NCBI GenBank assembly: GCA_038046385.1
Contig: JBBSWH010000001.1
Location: 32,001 to 96,000 of the forward strand
DNA from: Nanobdellota archaeon
GTDB taxonomy: Archaea > Nanobdellota > Nanobdellia > Woesearchaeales > GW2011-AR4
Direction: 5' to 3'
Length of the DNA: 64,000 nt
A program made the translations under genes and the position numbers. Shown piece after piece: positions 59,247-64,000 of this stretch; position 1 is the stretch's first letter; each line of letters opens with the position of its first letter. The notes beneath the pieces were generated by a model. The model searched no databases. It had not been told where the DNA came from and saw nothing but the letters and a program-made list of their open reading frames with translations.

Positions 59247-59603
59247 ATGCGCGGGTACAAGGTTCTAAACGGCAAGATAGTCATAGGATTAGAGGAAAAA
59301 GTCAGAGTACACCATTCTTTAGGAAACAAGACTGTGACTGCAAAGATAGACACGGGCGCTACAAAAAGCTCTATTGATACAAACCTTGCAGCTGAACTCA
59401 AGTTAGGCCCAGTTATAAAATCAAAACTCATTAAATCAGCGCACGGCTCAAAATTAAGGCCGATAATTGAAGCTACAATCGAGATGGCCGGCCAAAAGAT
59501 AAAGTCAGAGTTTACTTTAGCTGATCGTGCGCATATGAAATATCGCATTCTTATCGGACAGAATATCCTAAAGGAAGGATTTTTGATTGACCCCTCACAA
59601 TGA
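59247..59603 (+). CDS. RimK-associated retropepsin-like protease
   Basis: AKIDTGA..SS and DRAHMKYRILIG motifs. Confidence 0.88.
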   Translation: MRGYKVLNGKIVIGLEEKVRVHHSLGNKTVTAKIDTGATKSSIDTNLAAELKLGPVIKSKLIKSAHGSKLRPIIEATIEMAGQKIKSEFTLADRAHMKYRILIGQNILKEGFLIDPSQ

Positions 59604-59706
59604 AAGCAATAATAAAAGTTGACATGATTTGTGCTCTCGAAGAGAGTACATTTTTGATGAAACTTTTTCGTAAAAAGTTTCCCGGTGTCAACGGACGGAA
59701 CCGCTG

Positions 59707-60780
59707 ATGAAAGCAGCAGTAATGTCCTTGGGAAGCAAAAGCTCGATGTGGATAATCGAGGCAATGAAAAAATATTTTGATTCTGTTGCGAACATTGATT
59801 TAAGGGATGTTGAAGTCAATCTTGGCTCAGGAAAGTTAAAGGCGCTTTATGAAGGCAAGGAAATTCCGCAGTACAGCTGCATTTATGCAAGAGGCTCCTT
59901 TAGATATGCTCCGCTTTTAAGAGCCGTGACTAGAACGCTTTACAGAAATTCTTATATGCCGATAATGCCGGAAACATTCACAATAGGCCATGACAAAATG
60001 CTTACTCATCTTGCGCTGCAGCATTTTAACATTCCGATGCCTGCTACGTATCTTGCATCCTCGACTAGAGCTGCGAAAAAAATACTCAATGAGATGAATT
60101 ATCCTGTTGTTTTGAAATTCCCTCATGGAACTCAGGGAAAGGGAGTAATGTTTGCAGAGAGCTATGCTGCAGCATCATCAATGCTTGACGCTTTGTTTGT
60201 GCTAAAACAGCCCTTCTTGATACAGGAATATATTGAAACCGGCGGAGTTGATGTAAGAGCTCTTGTTGTGGGCAATGAAGTTGTTGCTTCCATGAAAAGA
60301 AAAGCAATAAGGGGGGAAATGAGGGCAAATATTCATGCAGGCGGAACCGGAGAATCTGTCAATCTTGACCAAAGAACAAAAAGAATTGCAATTGACACAG
60401 CAGCATCAATCGGAGCAGATATCTGCGCTGTGGATATCCTTGAAAGCGCTAAAGGGCCTTTGGTAATTGAAGCAAACCTATCACCCGGACTGCAGGGCGT
60501 GACGAAAGCAACAGGGATAGATGTTGCCGACAAAATCGCAAAGTTTTTGTTTGAGAAATCCGAGATATTCTCTGCGCGCGACAGGGATGAAGCCACAACT
60601 AAAATATTTGAAGACCTTGGGTTAAGCAACGAAATGGCGCAGCAGATAATTACCAACATGGATTTTAGGGGGAACAGAATTCTTTTGCCAAAGATTGTGA
60701 CTGACATTTCCAAATTCACAGAAAGCGATGAAGTTGTCTTGAAAGTCGAGAAAGGGAAGTTTGTAGTTGAGAAGATTTGA
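59707..60780 (+). CDS. RimK family ATP-grasp alpha-L-glutamate ligase with C-terminal extension
   Basis: GTQGKGV, QEYI, RANIHAGG and EANLSPG motifs. Confidence 0.9.
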   Translation: MKAAVMSLGSKSSMWIIEAMKKYFDSVANIDLRDVEVNLGSGKLKALYEGKEIPQYSCIYARGSFRYAPLLRAVTRTLYRNSYMPIMPETFTIGHDKMLTHLALQHFNIPMPATYLASSTRAAKKILNEMNYPVVLKFPHGTQGKGVMFAESYAAASSMLDALFVLKQPFLIQEYIETGGVDVRALVVGNEVVASMKRKAIRGEMRANIHAGGTGESVNLDQRTKRIAIDTAASIGADICAVDILESAKGPLVIEANLSPGLQGVTKATGIDVADKIAKFLFEKSEIFSARDRDEATTKIFEDLGLSNEMAQQIITNMDFRGNRILLPKIVTDISKFTESDEVVLKVEKGKFVVEKI

Positions 60781-60784
60781 GAAA

Positions 60785-61120
60785 TCACTTGCTAATTTTT
60801 AGATTATTTCTATATTCTACAACTTGAGTATATATCTGTGAGTAAACTAATGTCATTAAAACTACCATTCCAATAAAACAAACAAGTCCCCAATAAATTA
60901 AGTTTATACTATTATTTTTAATACCAAAAAATGAGAATAACATTGCAGATATACCTAATACTATTATAGCAAAAATAAAAAAAGCGAACTTATAGGATTG
61001 AGATGGAGAAACATCTCCACTTTCTATAGAGAATGGAAATAATGTAAATGATATACTAATAAATAATATTGTACCATTAAAAACAATCTCCCCTAGAGTT
61101 GCGTTTTTATTATCTACCAT
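60785..61120 (-). CDS. membrane protein
   Basis: 3 TM segments. Confidence 0.55.
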   Translation of the reverse strand: MVDNKNATLGEIVFNGTILFISISFTLFPFSIESGDVSPSQSYKFAFFIFAIIVLGISAMLFSFFGIKNNSINLIYWGLVCFIGMVVLMTLVYSQIYTQVVEYRNNLKISK

Positions 61121-61535
61121 CGAATCTCACATACTTTATTAGTTTAGTCTCTTTTGTAGGTTCTACAAGTTTACCATTATGGTACAATATAGTTTGAGCA
61201 ATGTATCTTCCTTCTAAATCAGACCCGGAAACAAAATCCGATTGTCCAGAATCTAAATTAAACAAATAACCGTATAGGACAACCTGCCTATTCTCATCTA
61301 AAATTGTGATATTAAGATTATAATCCCCTATATCATTTCTTTTTGAAAATAACTCTACATATGGTTTTTTGTCAGTTATAGTAAAAACGCTAGCAACTTT
61401 TGCTGAATCCCCTTCTCCAGATATCACTAAAGATAAAGTAGTACTATTTTTTACTGGAATGACTAACAGGGATGTTACAACTAACAAGAATATAGCTAAA
61501 AAAATAAATTGTGATTGACCTTTTTTATTTAGCAT
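61110..61535 (-). CDS. protein with class III (pilin-like) signal peptide
   Basis: NKKGQ followed by a hydrophobic stretch. Confidence 0.6.
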   Translation of the reverse strand: MLNKKGQSQFIFLAIFLLVVTSLLVIPVKNSTTLSLVISGEGDSAKVASVFTITDKKPYVELFSKRNDIGDYNLNITILDENRQVVLYGYLFNLDSGQSDFVSGSDLEGRYIAQTILYHNGKLVEPTKETKLIKYVRFDGR

Positions 61536-61622
61536 CTCCGTCTCATAATCAAGATTATATTTAAACTTTCCTCTTCTTTTCAGTTACCTTTATAAATAAA
61601 TTCTTAGTTAATTTCTTCTGAA

Positions 61623-63143
61623 ATGGACGAAAAGACAACAAGGAAGAGCATGAAGTATTCTGTCTATGACGGAGCTTCGTTTGCGGTGATGGAAGGCGCG
61701 ACTTCTTCATTCATGACACCGTTTGCAGTTGCGTTGAACGCTTCTTTGAATTTAATAGCTGCAATGTCGTACATTCCGCAGCTGGCGGGCGCTTTTATGC
61801 AGCTGTTTGCTGCCAGAATAGTTGAAATTGTAAGAGACAGAAAGAAAATACTAGTTTACAGTTCTTTCATCCATGCATTATTGTGGATTCCAATGCTTCT
61901 GATACCATATGCAACTCCTAATCAGAAATATTTGATTATAGTTTACATGGCTTTGCAGACAGTTGTTTCCAATTTAATGAATCCTGTTGGAAACTCTTTC
62001 CTCGGAGATATTGTGCCAGTAAATGAACGGGGAAGATTTTTTGGGTTAAGGAACAAAGTAGTTGGATTGAGCACTTTCATTTCAGCAATAATTGCAGGAT
62101 TAATCCTGAATCATTTTTCCCCTAAAAACCCAATAATTGGATTTACAATATTGTTTTCAGTTGCATTTGTTGCAAGAGCATTATCAGGAGTTTTTAAGTT
62201 TGGAATGACAAGCCCAGAAACACAGTTTGCACATGAAGACAAATTTTCTCTTAAAGATTTTGTAAAAAGAATGAACAAGACCAATTACGGGCATTTTGTA
62301 ATCTATATGATGTTTTTCAAGTTTGCTGTAAACATAGCGTCTCCTTTTTTTGCAGTCTACATGCTGAAAGACCTTGGATTTACTTATATCCAATTTACAA
62401 TAGTCACTGCTGTTGAACTTATGGCCAGCTTTCTCACAATGGGAATGTGGGGAAAGATGATAGATGAAAAGGGAACAAAATCTGTGTTGTATATCACTGG
62501 AATTTTAACTCCAATAGTTCCTTTTTTTTGGCTGTTTTCTGGTAACTTCTATTATATCATATTGATAGAGCTGTTTTCTGGAGTTGCATGGGCTGGCTTT
62601 AATTTAAGCACGTCAAATTTTATATTTGATGCAGTAAGGCCGGAAAACAGGGTGCGATGCATTACATATTTCAAGTTCTTTGAAGGCATTGCCTTATTCG
62701 CCGGAGCTGCTTTAGGCGGATTTCTAATAAGCCACATCCCGCATTGGATATTTTTGTCAAGCATACCTTTTGTTTTCCTCATATCAGGAATTTTAAGGAT
62801 AATCCCTGCAGTTACCATGATGCCGACACTGCACGAAGCACGCCTGATTGAACTGGACATCGGAGATTCTTTTTTCAAAAGATTCGTCAGGGTAAAGCCA
62901 AGCGAAGGAATTGTGTTTGAGGTCATTGGAAGGTACAACAAGAATTATGTTCCTGAAAAGAAAAAAATGCAAACAAAACCTGTTGAAAAGAAACCGGAGA
63001 AAAAACCGGTTGATTACAATAAGAAACTTTTGAAGTTCATAGACAAGAGTATAACACCCAAAAGAGAAAAGCACGACCTTACAAATGTACATGACATAGA
63101 ACAGATTACAGAAGATATTGAGAAAGGGAAGCTGAAGAAATAA
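61623..63143 (+). CDS. MFS transporter
   Basis: about 12 TM segments; ERGRFFG.R and WGKMIDEKG motifs. Confidence 0.88.
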   Translation: MDEKTTRKSMKYSVYDGASFAVMEGATSSFMTPFAVALNASLNLIAAMSYIPQLAGAFMQLFAARIVEIVRDRKKILVYSSFIHALLWIPMLLIPYATPNQKYLIIVYMALQTVVSNLMNPVGNSFLGDIVPVNERGRFFGLRNKVVGLSTFISAIIAGLILNHFSPKNPIIGFTILFSVAFVARALSGVFKFGMTSPETQFAHEDKFSLKDFVKRMNKTNYGHFVIYMMFFKFAVNIASPFFAVYMLKDLGFTYIQFTIVTAVELMASFLTMGMWGKMIDEKGTKSVLYITGILTPIVPFFWLFSGNFYYIILIELFSGVAWAGFNLSTSNFIFDAVRPENRVRCITYFKFFEGIALFAGAALGGFLISHIPHWIFLSSIPFVFLISGILRIIPAVTMMPTLHEARLIELDIGDSFFKRFVRVKPSEGIVFEVIGRYNKNYVPEKKKMQTKPVEKKPEKKPVDYNKKLLKFIDKSITPKREKHDLTNVHDIEQITEDIEKGKLKK

Positions 63144-63154
63144 CTTCTTCGCTT

Positions 63155-63273
63155 AAGGTTAGCATCGGCTCAGGTTATCTGTTTTCTTATAATAGTTGAC
63201 ATCCCCGTAAGGGACTTCCCCCTGTCAACTTATCTGAGTTAATGAAATACCTTCGCAAATTGATGCTAACCTT
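63155..63273. repeat. family C long-hairpin element (uninterrupted)
   Basis: AAGGTTAGCATC...CCCCGTAAGGGACTTCCCCCTG...GATGCTAACCTT. Confidence 0.85.
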
Positions 63274-63317
63274 CATAAAATCTTTTCAGACCAAAAAGTA
63301 TTTATTGTCCCTTTCAA

Positions 63318-63665
63318 ATGGATACTGTTATGGGAGTATCACCATTATACACATGCACACGCTGCAAACGTGAATTTAATTTTGACCATATCAAGTACGA
63401 TGAAGAAAAGAAGCTGATATGCGTTGAGTGCCTTGAGAAGCAGCAGAAGATAATGAAGAAGAAAATTGCTTCTGAAAGGCCTGATGATAATGCGCCGGTC
63501 AATTATATATGTATGACATGTAGGTTTAAGTTCGTTGTTAAGAAAGGCTCTCCAAAAGCGCTGAAGTGCCCGTACTGCAGCAAGACAAAGCTGATGATTG
63601 TAAAGAAATACAAGGACGAGAACGATTTAATCAATGATGCGATGAACCCAAGGTTTGATTATTGA
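63318..63665 (+). CDS. double zinc-ribbon protein
   Basis: four CxxC motifs. Confidence 0.7.
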   Translation: MDTVMGVSPLYTCTRCKREFNFDHIKYDEEKKLICVECLEKQQKIMKKKIASERPDDNAPVNYICMTCRFKFVVKKGSPKALKCPYCSKTKLMIVKKYKDENDLINDAMNPRFDY

Positions 63666-63673
63666 AAGATTAA

Positions 63674-63988
63674 TCACTTCCAAGTTCCTTTTCCGTCTTC
63701 ATTAATAACTTTCTTAAGTCTGCTAAACCCACGATGTATCATATCCACAAGGGTTTCTGAAGAGGCACCAATCGGCTTTGTCTTAATTGAAGCGAAGAAA
63801 TTACCAGTTGCTTTTGGGTCAATTGGAATTCCTGAATCAGCTCTTACTATTGTTCCGTTGACAGTTATCCCTTCACCTGGTTGTACTCTGGCAAGTCCTC
63901 CTTGAGGGTATATGTTATAGCGATGTACTAAAACCCCTTCCTCTTTAATTGTGTCTATATATTGCGGGCAGTCTGGATAATTTTCCAT
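63674..63988 (-). CDS. hypothetical protein
   Basis: 104-aa ORF. Confidence 0.45.
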   Translation of the reverse strand: MENYPDCPQYIDTIKEEGVLVHRYNIYPQGGLARVQPGEGITVNGTIVRADSGIPIDPKATGNFFASIKTKPIGASSETLVDMIHRGFSRLKKVINEDGKGTWK

Positions 63989-64000
63989 TATTACATCTAA

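Noticed and set aside
59640-59730. Hammerhead ribozyme (CTGATGA/TTGATGA motifs)
   Set aside because: No GAAA follows the candidate stem II, and no stem I/III pairing closes a core.

Overview
A 64-kb archaeal chromosomal segment, most likely DPANN/Woesearchaeota-like. The marker genes are srp54, eIF1A, rpS8e, rpL37e, an Sm protein, class I LysRS, deoxyhypusine synthase, pth2, EndoQ and AMP phosphorylase, alongside bacterial-type thyA, folA, lspA and mscL. All 7 tRNA genes found carry introns: two in the D-loop, and tRNA-Thr has two introns. A ~9.4-kb integrative element (14785-24152) sits in the 3' end of tRNA-Leu(TAA). It carries a tyrosine integrase, small DNA-binding proteins, a DUF3800 gene with a convergent two-hairpin small RNA candidate, and an array of 11 co-varying palindromes embedded in apparently captured coding fragments. 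The rest of the window is peppered with at least three families of short palindromic insertion elements. One duplicates tRNA and gene ends, one inserts precisely (including in-frame inside a methyltransferase), and one is a long hairpin that hosts nested insertions. All family calls come from motif recognition by eye, not from database searches.
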